Under the pieces are notes generated by a model. That model did no database searches and was not told where the DNA came from. It saw only the letters and a program-made list of their open reading frames with translations. From an uncultured Gemmatimonadales bacterium (GTDB lineage Bacteria; Gemmatimonadota; Gemmatimonadetes; Palauibacterales; Palauibacteraceae), in contig CAMYMV010000001.1 in the NCBI GenBank assembly GCA_947259585.1, positions 20,135 to 84,134 on the forward strand: a stretch of DNA of 64,000 bases. The letters are read 5' to 3'. Both the position numbers and the translations under genes were made by a program. This document shows, piece after piece, positions 28,517 to 37,276 of this stretch (position 1 is the stretch's first letter; every line of letters starts with the position of its first letter).

Positions 28517-29659
28517 ATGGCCGAAACCAGAACCGAGCCAGAGGGGTCCACCGCCGCGAGCGAAGGGATTCGCCGGCTCGCCATCAACACCGGCGGCGGC
28601 GACGCACCGGGACTCAACGCTGTCATCAGGGCCGCCGTCCTCGCGGCCAGCCGACGCGGCTGGGAGATCGTGGGCATCGAGAACGGATACGCGGGACTCT
28701 TCCCGGACGCCCCGGGCGACATCGTGCCTTTGACGCCCAGCGACGTGCGGGGGATCACACACCTCGGCGGCACGATCCTCGGATCCACCAATCGAGGCAA
28801 TCCGATGGACTGGCCCTGCCAGCTCTCGGATGGGACCATCGAGCGCCGGGATCGGTCGCAGGAGGTCCTGGCCGCATTCGAGCGGCTGGAGCTCGACGCG
28901 CTCATCGCGATCGGCGGGGATGGGAGCCTCCGCATCGCGGCGAGGATGGCTTCCCTCGGGCTGCCGGTCGTGGGCGTGCCGAAAACCATCGACAACGACC
29001 TGGCCGCAACCACGGTTACTTTCGGATTCCATACGGCCGCGGAGACAGCCACGGAGGCGATCGGCCGGCTCCACTCCACCGCCGAGAGCCACGGCCGCGT
29101 GTTCGTCGTCGAAGTGATGGGAGCGACCGCCGGATGGATCGCGCTCTTCAGTGGCGTGGCCGGTACAGCGGACGTCATCCTCATCCCCGAGATCCCCTAC
29201 GACATCGCCAAGGTCTGCGACAAGATCATGGAGCGCGAACGATCGGGGAGGCGCTTCAGCATCGTCTGCGTCGCCGAGGGAGCGAAGCCTCTGGGTGGCG
29301 AAGTGACGATGAAGACGGTGCCGTCCGGATCGGAACGGCAGCCGAGACTCGGCGGCATCGGTGATCAGCTGGCGCAGCAGATCGCGGAGAGGACCGGAAA
29401 GGAGACGCGCGCCCTGGCCCTCGGACACCTGCAGCGTGGTGGACCGCCCACCGCCTACGACCGCCTCATCGCTCTTCGTTTCGGCGCGGCCGCGGTCCGT
29501 TGCGTGGCCGATCGGGAGTTCGGCTGCATGGTGGCCCTGGACCCTCCTCATGTCCTGGCTGTGCCGCTGGACGACGCGGTGCGAGAGGTGAAGACCGTGC
29601 CGATCGACAGCGACATCATCGCCACGGCCCGTGCCCTCGGGACCAGCTTCGGCGACTGA
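28517..29659 (+). CDS. pfkA: 6-phosphofructokinase (PfkA family, GDG/K hybrid signature)
   Basis: INTGGGDAPGLNAVIRA, IGGDGSLRIA and VPKTIDNDL. It is divergently transcribed from the other PFK, with about 95 bp between the starts. Confidence 0.85.
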   Translation: MAETRTEPEGSTAASEGIRRLAINTGGGDAPGLNAVIRAAVLAASRRGWEIVGIENGYAGLFPDAPGDIVPLTPSDVRGITHLGGTILGSTNRGNPMDWPCQLSDGTIERRDRSQEVLAAFERLELDALIAIGGDGSLRIAARMASLGLPVVGVPKTIDNDLAATTVTFGFHTAAETATEAIGRLHSTAESHGRVFVVEVMGATAGWIALFSGVAGTADVILIPEIPYDIAKVCDKIMERERSGRRFSIVCVAEGAKPLGGEVTMKTVPSGSERQPRLGGIGDQLAQQIAERTGKETRALALGHLQRGGPPTAYDRLIALRFGAAAVRCVADREFGCMVALDPPHVLAVPLDDAVREVKTVPIDSDIIATARALGTSFGD

Positions 29660-29698
29660 CCTCCGCTCATCGAGGTTCCACCGAGCCCAGGCGGAAGC

Positions 29699-30682
29699 CT
29701 AAGCCGCGATCTCCTTGAGGGCGCGCCTCACCAACACCGGTACCATCGCCCTGCGCCAATCGGTGTCCACGATGATGTTCTCGAGCGGGTGGCACTGGCG
29801 GAACGCCTGTTCCGCGACCGCGTCGATGACGGATGGAGTGAGAGGATTCCCGACCGCGGCTTCCTCCACCTTCCCGACGCGCCTCGGATAGGAGCCGAGA
29901 GCCGACATCGCCATCCGCAGCTCCGTCACGAGTCCCTCGTCATCCATGCGGGCGGCGACGGCGAGGTTCAGGAGTGGAAAGTCGATGGACGCGCGAGGTC
30001 GGAGCTTCTGGAAGCTCATACGCAGACCGGGCTCCGGCAGGGGGATGTGAACGGCCACCAGGACCTCGTTCGACTCCATCCGCCGGTTCCAGATGCCGTC
30101 CGAGGTGAAGAGGTTCGATACGGGGAGCGTGCGGACCCCGGCAGTTCCCGCGATCTCGACGCTTGCATCCAGGCTCATGAGCACTGGCGGCGTGTCGGCA
30201 GAATGAGCGGCGACACAGCGCGTACCGCCGGGCACGACGTGACAGATCTCGCCGTCCTTTTTCAGGCAGTACCCGAGCGCCTTCCTCCAGAACAGCGTCT
30301 GGTTGTAGTAGGTGCAGCGGGTGTCCAGGCAGATGTTGCCGCCGATCGTTCCCATCCGGCGGAGCTGCGGGCTCGAGACCTCTGAGCAGGCGGTGGCCAG
30401 GGCAGGCACGTGCTCCAGGATGGCCGGGTGTCCCGAGATGGCATGGAGAGACTCGGCCGCTCCGACACGAAGCCGCTGATCCACGACCTCGATCCCCTTC
30501 AACTCGTCGAGGCGGCTCAGGGCGACGAGATGGCCTGGCGTGAAGAGCTTGTGCTTCATGTTGGGCACCAGATCGGTGCCGCCGGCGATCGGAAGGACGT
30601 CGCCGGCATGCCGGTCCAGCAGCTCCAGCGCCGCGTCGAGGTCCGCGGGACGATGATAGATGTAGGGATGAAGTCTGAGCAT
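29699..30682 (-). CDS. xanthine dehydrogenase-family FAD-binding subunit (CoxM-like)
   Basis: MLRLHPYIYHRPADLDAALELLDRHAGDVLPIAGGTDLVPNMK is the FAD_binding_5 N-terminus of molybdopterin dehydrogenases. Confidence 0.8.
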   Translation of the reverse strand: MLRLHPYIYHRPADLDAALELLDRHAGDVLPIAGGTDLVPNMKHKLFTPGHLVALSRLDELKGIEVVDQRLRVGAAESLHAISGHPAILEHVPALATACSEVSSPQLRRMGTIGGNICLDTRCTYYNQTLFWRKALGYCLKKDGEICHVVPGGTRCVAAHSADTPPVLMSLDASVEIAGTAGVRTLPVSNLFTSDGIWNRRMESNEVLVAVHIPLPEPGLRMSFQKLRPRASIDFPLLNLAVAARMDDEGLVTELRMAMSALGSYPRRVGKVEEAAVGNPLTPSVIDAVAEQAFRQCHPLENIIVDTDWRRAMVPVLVRRALKEIAA

Positions 30683-30688
30683 CGCCGC

Positions 30689-31816
30689 TCAAGATACGCT
30701 TTGTGCGGCGTAGGCCTCCAGGGCCTCGCCGATGCAGGCAAGCGCTTCAACGAGCTCTGCCTCTTCTCCTCCGAAGCCGATGCGCAGGAAGCCGTCCAGT
30801 CCGAAGTGGTCTCCCGGGACGACGAGAACGCTCCATTCGCTCCGAAGATGTTCCGCGAGCTCGGAGGAGTTCGCGCCGACGTCGTACGGCACCATGCCGA
30901 TCGCACCGGCCCGTGGCAGGATCCAGGGGCCGAGTGCTTCGCGGCCAGCCAACCACTCGTCGACGATCGCGCGGTTTCGCAACAGGATGTCCCTGGTGCG
31001 GGCGAGGACTCGTCGGCGAGTCTCGGGCCGAAGCACCCTAGCCGCGAGGGCATCGGACGCGGCGGAGGGAGAGATGGTCGTGTAGTCCTTGCGAGCCCAC
31101 AGCTCCTCCATCTCCGCGGTCGGACCGAGGAGCCAGCCAAGCCGGAGCCCTGGGAGCCCGTACGCCTTGGATAGCGATCCCGTCACGAGCGTCCGCTCGT
31201 AGCGGCCCCAGAAGCTGGGGGTCTCGGTGCCCTCCGCCTCGGCGCCCACGTAGACCTCGTCGGCCAGCAGCCAAGCACCGCTGCGCTCGCAGGCACTCAG
31301 GATCTCGTCGACCGCCTCCGCGCTCAGCGTCGAGCCGGTCGGATTCGCGGGGTTGGTGACGACCACCAGCCGCGTGTCCGGCGTGATCGTCGCCTCGGCG
31401 GCTCCGGGATACGGCTGCCAGGAGAGGCTCTCCTCGAGAGCGAAGGTGGCGACCTGTGCCCCAAGCCCCTCTGCCAGGCCCGGCGTCTGCCAATACGTGG
31501 GAACGAGCACGACCGCACGGTCTCCGGGCTCCAGCAGGCGCCAGAGGGTCACGAAGTTGGCTTCGGCGCTCCCGGCGGTGATCAGCACGTTCTCCGGAGC
31601 CGCATCCTCGTACAGCCCGGAGACAGCCTCCCGCAACTCGTTGGAGCCGTTGGTCTGCGGATAGCCCAGAGAGACGTCGGCCGGAGCCAGATCGGTCCAT
31701 TCCAACAGCTCGGCCAGTGAGAACGGCAGCACTCCGCTCTCCGACAGGTTGTAGCGGACGTGATGTTCGTGGTGCGACTGCCAGCGTTCCATGGCGAAGT
31801 TGGGGACTCTCATCAC
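30689..31816 (-). CDS. class I/II PLP-dependent aminotransferase
   Basis: 375 aa with aminotransferase-like organisation (SLSKAYGLPGLRLGW, the PLP-Lys region). Confidence 0.8.
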   Translation of the reverse strand: MMRVPNFAMERWQSHHEHHVRYNLSESGVLPFSLAELLEWTDLAPADVSLGYPQTNGSNELREAVSGLYEDAAPENVLITAGSAEANFVTLWRLLEPGDRAVVLVPTYWQTPGLAEGLGAQVATFALEESLSWQPYPGAAEATITPDTRLVVVTNPANPTGSTLSAEAVDEILSACERSGAWLLADEVYVGAEAEGTETPSFWGRYERTLVTGSLSKAYGLPGLRLGWLLGPTAEMEELWARKDYTTISPSAASDALAARVLRPETRRRVLARTRDILLRNRAIVDEWLAGREALGPWILPRAGAIGMVPYDVGANSSELAEHLRSEWSVLVVPGDHFGLDGFLRIGFGGEEAELVEALACIGEALEAYAAQSVS

Positions 31817-32055
31817 CGCTGCCTCTGTGCTCGATTCATCCTGACGGGCCCTGTCGCCGGCGAGCGCGCCCCGGCATCATGACCTGTCTTCCGGAAGGGT
31901 TCGCCGACGGCGGGCCGTTTCCGGCGGTTCATCACTCCCGAAGGGTAATCGCACCCTGCACGAGAGCACCACCCGCCCACTCTCGCGTCGCGAATTCGCC
32001 AAGCGTGCCGGGACGGAGGCGCCGATCACGTGGAGGAGAGAACGAGGATGGAACG

Positions 32056-32589
32056 ATGAGGAATCGTAAACCGAGAGACCCACTACCGGCCCGTCTGCTG
32101 TCGCTGACCTGCCTGCTCGCGATCGCATGCGGGCCGGGTGAGACGGCTGCTACACAGGAAGCGGGCGAGAGCCAGGGCGAAACAGCAGGCGTCCGGAGCG
32201 CGGAGTCGGATGCCGATCAGATCTTCGCCGCGGACGAGGCGTTCAACCGGGTGACGGGAGAGCTGGGCGCTGCCGGATGGGTCGACTTCTTCGCACCCGA
32301 CGGGCGGATGGTCGTGAACGGCGAGGAGATCACCGGCAAAGCCGCCGTCCAGGAGGCGATGGAGCCCTATCTGTCGGCTGTCCGACTAGAATGGAGCCCG
32401 ACCCGAGCCGCCGCGCGAGCCGGCTCAGATCTGGGCTACACGGTGGGACGCTTTCGCGCGACGCCCAGGGAGAATCCTGACTCGGTGATCGCCACCGGCA
32501 CCTATGTGACTATCTGGGAGCGCCAGGCGGACGGCAGCTGGAAGGTCGCGCTCGATATCGGGAGTCCCCACCCGGAGCCACGGCCCTAG
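32056..32589 (+). CDS. lipoprotein with SnoaL-like/DUF4440-like domain
   Basis: The start MRNRKPRDPLPARLLSLTCLLAIACG has a lipobox, and a GGAGAG RBS precedes it. The C-terminal ...VTIWERQADGSWKVALDIGS is typical of DUF4440/NTF2-like folds. Confidence 0.6.
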   Translation: MRNRKPRDPLPARLLSLTCLLAIACGPGETAATQEAGESQGETAGVRSAESDADQIFAADEAFNRVTGELGAAGWVDFFAPDGRMVVNGEEITGKAAVQEAMEPYLSAVRLEWSPTRAAARAGSDLGYTVGRFRATPRENPDSVIATGTYVTIWERQADGSWKVALDIGSPHPEPRP

Positions 32590-32619
32590 CGCCGGCTTGG
32601 AGCGAGCGCGGGAGTGCGG

Positions 32620-32973
32620 CTACAGGATCTCCATCTTGTCCGGGCCGTTCGGCACGACACAAAGGAACTCGAACGGCTCGTCACCCAGGGCCTCATACCA
32701 GTGCGGGATGCCCGCCGGGATGAAAAGAACGTCGTCCTTCGACACCTCGACAACCTCGTCCCCGAGCCCGATCCGTGCCCTGCCACGAAGCACGTACTGC
32801 TCGTGCTCCACCGTATTGGTGTGGGGCGGCATCCCTCCGCCGGGGGCCATGCGGAAGCGCCGCAGCGCGAAGTTGGGAGCCTCGTCCGGTCCGATCAGGA
32901 TCTGTCGCGAGGTGTGCGCGCCCGCCGGGACATCTTCGGCAGGCACGGCGTCGGCACGTCTGACTCTATCCAC
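32620..32973 (-). CDS. cupin-domain protein
   Basis: G(X)5HxH...E-like cupin motifs (MPPHTNTVEHEQYVLRGRARIGLGDEVVEVSKDDVLFIPAGIPH). Confidence 0.7.
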   Translation of the reverse strand: MDRVRRADAVPAEDVPAGAHTSRQILIGPDEAPNFALRRFRMAPGGGMPPHTNTVEHEQYVLRGRARIGLGDEVVEVSKDDVLFIPAGIPHWYEALGDEPFEFLCVVPNGPDKMEIL

Positions 32974-32993
32974 CCACCTTCTCCTTTGATCGG

Positions 32994-33347
32994 CTAGTCG
33001 GCGGAATCGACGAGCTCGAGGAGCTTCTCGGGCGGACGGCCCAACACGGCGCGATCCCCGAGGACTCCAATGGGACGCTGGAGAAGCGTCGGATGCTCGG
33101 CCAGCAGCTCGATGAGCCGCTCCTCCGACTCCTCGCCCGTCATTCCGAGCTGCCGGAAGGCTCGATCCCTGCGGCGCAGGACCTCTTCGGGCGTCACCCC
33201 CAGACGTCGCACCGTGCTCCGGATCTCCGCCTCCGAGAGGGGCTCCTTCTTGTAGTCGCGGTATCTGAAGGCGATGCCGCGCTTCTCGAGCAAGGCGACC
33301 GCCTTGCGGCAGGTGCCTCAGGTGCGTGTACAGATAAGCTCGATCAT
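32994..33347 (-). CDS. ArsC/Spx-family thiol-disulfide oxidoreductase-like SELENOPROTEIN (in-frame TGA at 33318-33320 read as Sec)
   Basis: The track ORF (TTG start, 99 aa) lacks the N-terminal redox motif. Extending upstream in frame reaches an ATG at 33347 with a GAGG SD, only 10 nt after the pckA stop. The conceptual product is MIELICTRT-U-GTCRKAVALLEKRGIAFRYRDYKKEPLS..., where the TGA sits exactly where Spx/ArsC proteins carry the first Cys of the CxxC motif (Spx C-T-S-C-RKA). The rest aligns with Spx/ArsC, including the EHPTLLQRPI region. Confidence 0.6.
33294..33317 (-). promoter_or_regulatory. candidate bSECIS-like hairpin immediately 3' of the UGA
   Basis: The mRNA after UGA reads GGC ACC UGCCGC AAG GCGGUC GCC. 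A GCCGC/GCGGU stem with an AAG loop is extended by GGC/GCC outer pairs. The spacing is consistent with bacterial SECIS placement, but no covariance model was run. Confidence 0.3.
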
Positions 33348-33357
33348 TCGGCCTCGC

Positions 33358-34950
33358 TCAGCCCGCCACGGCAGGCGCTCCGGGTCCGGCCTCGCGGACC
33401 TCGGGCTCGCAGTGATCGGCGTACTTCTCGAAGTTCTCGCGAAACAGGCCGGCCAGCCTTTGTGCCGTCGCGTCGTAGGCCTCTTTGTCCGCCCAGGTGT
33501 CGCGCGGCTTGAGGATCTCGGACGGGACGCGAGACACCTCCGTGATCATCTGAACGCCGAAGACCGGATCCGGCTCGGTGGGAGCGCTCTCCAGCTCGCC
33601 GCTGTGGATGGCGTCGATGATGGCCCGCGTGTAGGGCAGATTGATCCGCGAGCCGACCCCGTAGGCCCCGCCGCTCCACCCGGTGTTCACCAGCCAGACG
33701 TCGGTCCCGTGCTCCCGCATCTTCCTGGCCAGCATCTCGGCGTAAACGGCCGGATGCCAGACGAGGAACGGGGCGCCGAAGCAGGCGGAGAAGGTCGTCT
33801 CGGGGTCGGTGACGCCGACCTCGGTTCCCGCCACCTTCGCCGTATACCCGCTGATGAAGTGGTACATCGCCTGCGCTTCGGTCAGCTTGCTCACCGGAGG
33901 CAGCACGCCGAAGGCATCGCAGGTGAGGAAGATCACGTCGGTCGGATGGCCCGCAACGCAGGGGATCTTGGCGTTCGCAATGAACGTGATCGGGTAAGCC
34001 CCTCGCGTGTTCTGAGTGATCGTGTCATCCGAGTAATCGACTTTTCGGCGCTCGTCCAGGACGACGTTCTCCAGCACGGCACCGAAGCGGAGCGCCTGGA
34101 AGATGTCGGGCTCCCACTCCATGCTCAGGTCGATCGTCTTCGCGTAGCAACCACCTTCGATGTTGAAGATGCCCTCGTTCGTCCAGCAGTGCTCGTCGTC
34201 CCCGATCAGGAAACGCTTGGGATCGGCGGATAGTGTGGTCTTCCCGGTGCCCGAGAGACCGAAGAGAAGCGAAGAGCGATCGGTCTCCTGATCCGCCGTT
34301 GCCGAGCAGTGCATGGAGAGGACGCCCTGCTTCGGCATCAGGTAGTTCATGATCGTGAAGACGCCCTTCTTCATCTCCCCGGCGTACTCCGTGCCCAGGA
34401 TCACGACCTCGCGGTCCTCGAAGCTCAGATCGACCGTGGTGGGCGAGAGGCCGGTGGTCTCGTGGGCGGCCGGAAACTGGCCGGCGTTGTAGATCACGTA
34501 GTCCGGATCGCCGAAGCTCTCGAGCTCCTCCGTGGTCGGCCTGATGAGCATGTCGTACATGAAGAGGGCATGGTACGGGCGCGAGCAGATGATTCTGACC
34601 TTGATCTGGTACTTCGGGTCCCAGCCGGCGAAGCCGTCGATGCAGAAGATCGGGTCGCAGAGATTGAGGAGGTCTCGCGCCCGCTCCCTGTTGAGCTTGA
34701 ACAGCTCGGGCTCGATCGGAAAGTTGACGGGCCCCCACCAGACCTCGCCCTCCGAATCGACGTGCTTGACCAGATGCTTGTCCATCGGAGAACGGCCGGT
34801 CTTCTTCCCGGAATAAGCCACGAGGGCGCCGTTGGCCGCGATGGCCGAATCCTCCTCGCGCCTGATCGCTGACTCGTACAACGCCGCCGGAGGCGGATTG
34901 TGGCGCACGTCCTCGACGGTGATGCCATGCTGGCTGAGATCGAAGCTCAT
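33358..34950 (-). CDS. pckA: phosphoenolpyruvate carboxykinase (ATP)
   Basis: PckA sequence with a P-loop-like GLSGTGKTTLS and characteristic C-terminal domains. The start is taken at the MSFDLSQHGI ATG at 34950. Confidence 0.9.
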   Translation of the reverse strand: MSFDLSQHGITVEDVRHNPPPAALYESAIRREEDSAIAANGALVAYSGKKTGRSPMDKHLVKHVDSEGEVWWGPVNFPIEPELFKLNRERARDLLNLCDPIFCIDGFAGWDPKYQIKVRIICSRPYHALFMYDMLIRPTTEELESFGDPDYVIYNAGQFPAAHETTGLSPTTVDLSFEDREVVILGTEYAGEMKKGVFTIMNYLMPKQGVLSMHCSATADQETDRSSLLFGLSGTGKTTLSADPKRFLIGDDEHCWTNEGIFNIEGGCYAKTIDLSMEWEPDIFQALRFGAVLENVVLDERRKVDYSDDTITQNTRGAYPITFIANAKIPCVAGHPTDVIFLTCDAFGVLPPVSKLTEAQAMYHFISGYTAKVAGTEVGVTDPETTFSACFGAPFLVWHPAVYAEMLARKMREHGTDVWLVNTGWSGGAYGVGSRINLPYTRAIIDAIHSGELESAPTEPDPVFGVQMITEVSRVPSEILKPRDTWADKEAYDATAQRLAGLFRENFEKYADHCEPEVREAGPGAPAVAG

Positions 34951-35081
34951 GTCGGTCCTGCCCTCTGAAGTCGCGCTGGCCGGGAGTCGGGTCCGTCGTG
35001 TGGAGAGCGAACGCGCCGCCCTCGACGGGCGGCGCCCTGCCAAGCTATTGAGTACGGAGCGGGCTCACCACCGGTGGCAGC

Positions 35082-35543
35082 CTATGCCACCGGGTCGGTA
35101 GGGGGCTTGGAGCGGCCACTCCTCACCCCGGCTCCGATCAGTACGCCGATGGCGCCGAGCAGCGGGTTCAGCAGCGCCACCCAGGCGGGTTGCTGGGCGT
35201 TTTGCATCGCGACGGTGTTGCTGACATCCCCCTCGCGTGGCGCCGACGGCGAGGTGGTGGTGAGAACCGGGACGGCGAAGGCGAATCCGAGGAGAAGAAC
35301 CAGGACCGCCAGCAGCTTGGGCGCTCTCTCATCGCGGGCGATCGCCTCGCACACGTACCCGCCGAGAATCGCCCCCGCCAGCCCGAGCATGAAGCTCGTC
35401 ACGATCCACAGGTTGGTGACGTCGAAGACGCCGGGCTGAAAGGCCCTGTCCGCGCCCATGACCCGGTAGGCGATCGAGAAGGAGAGGAAGACGAAGGCCA
35501 CCATCATCAGGTAGCCGAGGATCACGCCTCCGAAGGTCTTCAT
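35082..35543 (-). CDS. hypothetical integral membrane protein
   Basis: MKTFGGVILGYLMMVAFVFLSFSIAYRV..., with about 4 predicted hydrophobic helices. The start is taken at the internal ATG. Confidence 0.5.
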   Translation of the reverse strand: MKTFGGVILGYLMMVAFVFLSFSIAYRVMGADRAFQPGVFDVTNLWIVTSFMLGLAGAILGGYVCEAIARDERAPKLLAVLVLLLGFAFAVPVLTTTSPSAPREGDVSNTVAMQNAQQPAWVALLNPLLGAIGVLIGAGVRSGRSKPPTDPVA

Positions 35544-35689
35544 CGTTTCGCTCCGTCTCCTTGTTCGCGCATCGCCGCCTCGAAAGCCGCCCCTCTCCCA
35601 ACTCCAGAAATACCGGACTCCCCCGGCTCGGGCCAGCCGTAAGGCAGTTCTGCCGGGCGGGCGAGCCTCTCCGCAGCCGGGAGCCCGGG

Positions 35690-36079
35690 TCAGGCACCTT
35701 CCGGCTCGGCAGCGGCCGGCTGCCAAAGCTCGATCTTCGTCCCCGCGGGATCGATGAACCAGCCGAAGCGACCGTAGTCGTACTCCTCGATCTCGCCCAC
35801 TACCTTCGCGCCTCCCTCCTCCACCTGCCTCAACGCACCATCGAGATCGTCAACAACGAGGTTGACCATGAACGGCTTGCCGGAGGGATCGAAGTAGGCC
35901 GTCGAATCGTCGAACGGCCCCCAGACGCAGAACGCGGTCTCCGGAAGATGGCTCACGTCGAAACCGACGCTGCCGTAATCGTCGAACTCGAAGCCCAGGT
36001 GCTCCCCGTACCAGGCCTCCAGCTCTTTCTTGTCGGCGCACTTGAAGAAGACGCCTCCGATCCCGATCGCTTTGGCCAC
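35690..36079 (-). CDS. VOC (glyoxalase/bleomycin-resistance) family protein
   Basis: 129 aa with a GGVFFKCAD...GWFIDPAGTKIEL pattern typical of VOC-fold proteins. Confidence 0.75.
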   Translation of the reverse strand: MAKAIGIGGVFFKCADKKELEAWYGEHLGFEFDDYGSVGFDVSHLPETAFCVWGPFDDSTAYFDPSGKPFMVNLVVDDLDGALRQVEEGGAKVVGEIEEYDYGRFGWFIDPAGTKIELWQPAAAEPEGA

Positions 36080-36250
36080 GTTTCCCTCCCGAGGTCCGGG
36101 TTGTTCTCACGACCGAGTCAATCTCTGAACCGGATGCCGGGTCCGGCAACCGGCGGCGGCGAGTGAGCATCCCGGGCAACCCTGCCTTTGCCTCCGGCAT
36201 CTCACTGTCGGGCCGGGCGGTGTTCTCCTCACCCTCTCATGGCTGGCGAC

Positions 36251-37252
36251 ATGATCAGGTGCGCGCGGTGTCTCGTTCTGCTGACTCATTGCCTCCTGGC
36301 CCTTCCCCGACTCATCCAGGCCCAGGAGCTGGCGCACGCTGACCGGATTCGAATCGCGGAGGCGTTTCGCCTCGCCGACGCGGTCGAGCAGCTGTGGCCC
36401 GGTTGGTCGGAGGTGCCGTTCGCCGTTCTGCTCGTGACTTCCGAGCATGAATTCCTCATCCGGCACCCACACCCTACCGACGATTTCGAGTCGTTGGGTC
36501 GCGACGCGATCCTCGACGAAGAGGTCCTCGCTCGGCCGCGAGTCTTCGAGCCGGACCTACGGGCAACCTTCCCGGCGGTGGCGGGTGTGCCGACCCTCGT
36601 GATCGGCACCTCCGAGGCCACCGGGCTCTCGTCCACACAATGGGTCCTAACGGCGCTCCACGAGCACTTCCATCAACTCCAGATGTCGGACGCCGAGTAC
36701 CATCCGGCGACCAGCGATCTCGACCTGAGCGGCGGGGACGAGAGCGGGATGTGGATGCTCGACTACCCGTTTCCGTACGATTCCCCGGACGTGGCGGCGG
36801 CCCTCGAGAAGCTCGGTCGAACCGGCAGGCGAGCTCTTGACTCGATCGGGTCGCGCTCATCCAGGCAGGTCCTGGCCGACTACCTGGCCCTACGCGACAG
36901 GCTGCCGGACCTCCTCGCCGAAAAGGATTACCGATACCTTTCGTTCCAGATCTGGCAGGAAGGGCTCGCCCGTTACACTCAACTCGCAGTAGCAGCCAAG
37001 GCCGCGGCCGGCTACGAGCCGCTGCGAGAATTCGAGGCGCTGCAGGACTACATCCCCTACTCCCAGGCCGCCGCGGAGCTGCGTGAGACGGTACGGAGCG
37101 AGCTGGAGAACGAGCTGCCCGAGCTCAGACGGGTGTTCTTCTACCCGCTGGGCGCGGTCGAGGGACTCTTGCTGGATGAGTTCAGGCCCGGCTGGCGAGA
37201 GCTGTATCTGGCCCGGAAGTTCTACGTCGAGCGTTACTTCGCGGACCGGTAG
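36251..37252 (+). CDS. secreted hypothetical protein with HExxH motif (possible zinc metallopeptidase)
   Basis: Signal peptide MIRCARCLVLLTHCLLALPRLIQAQE and an ALHEHFHQLQ (HExxH) motif. No family was recognised. Confidence 0.5.
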   Translation: MIRCARCLVLLTHCLLALPRLIQAQELAHADRIRIAEAFRLADAVEQLWPGWSEVPFAVLLVTSEHEFLIRHPHPTDDFESLGRDAILDEEVLARPRVFEPDLRATFPAVAGVPTLVIGTSEATGLSSTQWVLTALHEHFHQLQMSDAEYHPATSDLDLSGGDESGMWMLDYPFPYDSPDVAAALEKLGRTGRRALDSIGSRSSRQVLADYLALRDRLPDLLAEKDYRYLSFQIWQEGLARYTQLAVAAKAAAGYEPLREFEALQDYIPYSQAAAELRETVRSELENELPELRRVFFYPLGAVEGLLLDEFRPGWRELYLARKFYVERYFADR

Positions 37253-37276
37253 AAATCTGGGCAGGCGCCTACAGCC

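Noticed and set aside
32994-33293. Treating the 99-aa TTG-start ORF as a complete (N-terminally truncated) ArsC-like gene or a pseudogene
   Set aside because: The upstream in-frame sequence restores the family N-terminus, with the TGA landing exactly on the catalytic Cys position, and an ATG plus SD sits 10 nt after the pckA stop. The Sec read-through model explains everything. A pseudogene remains the fallback if the genome has no Sec machinery.
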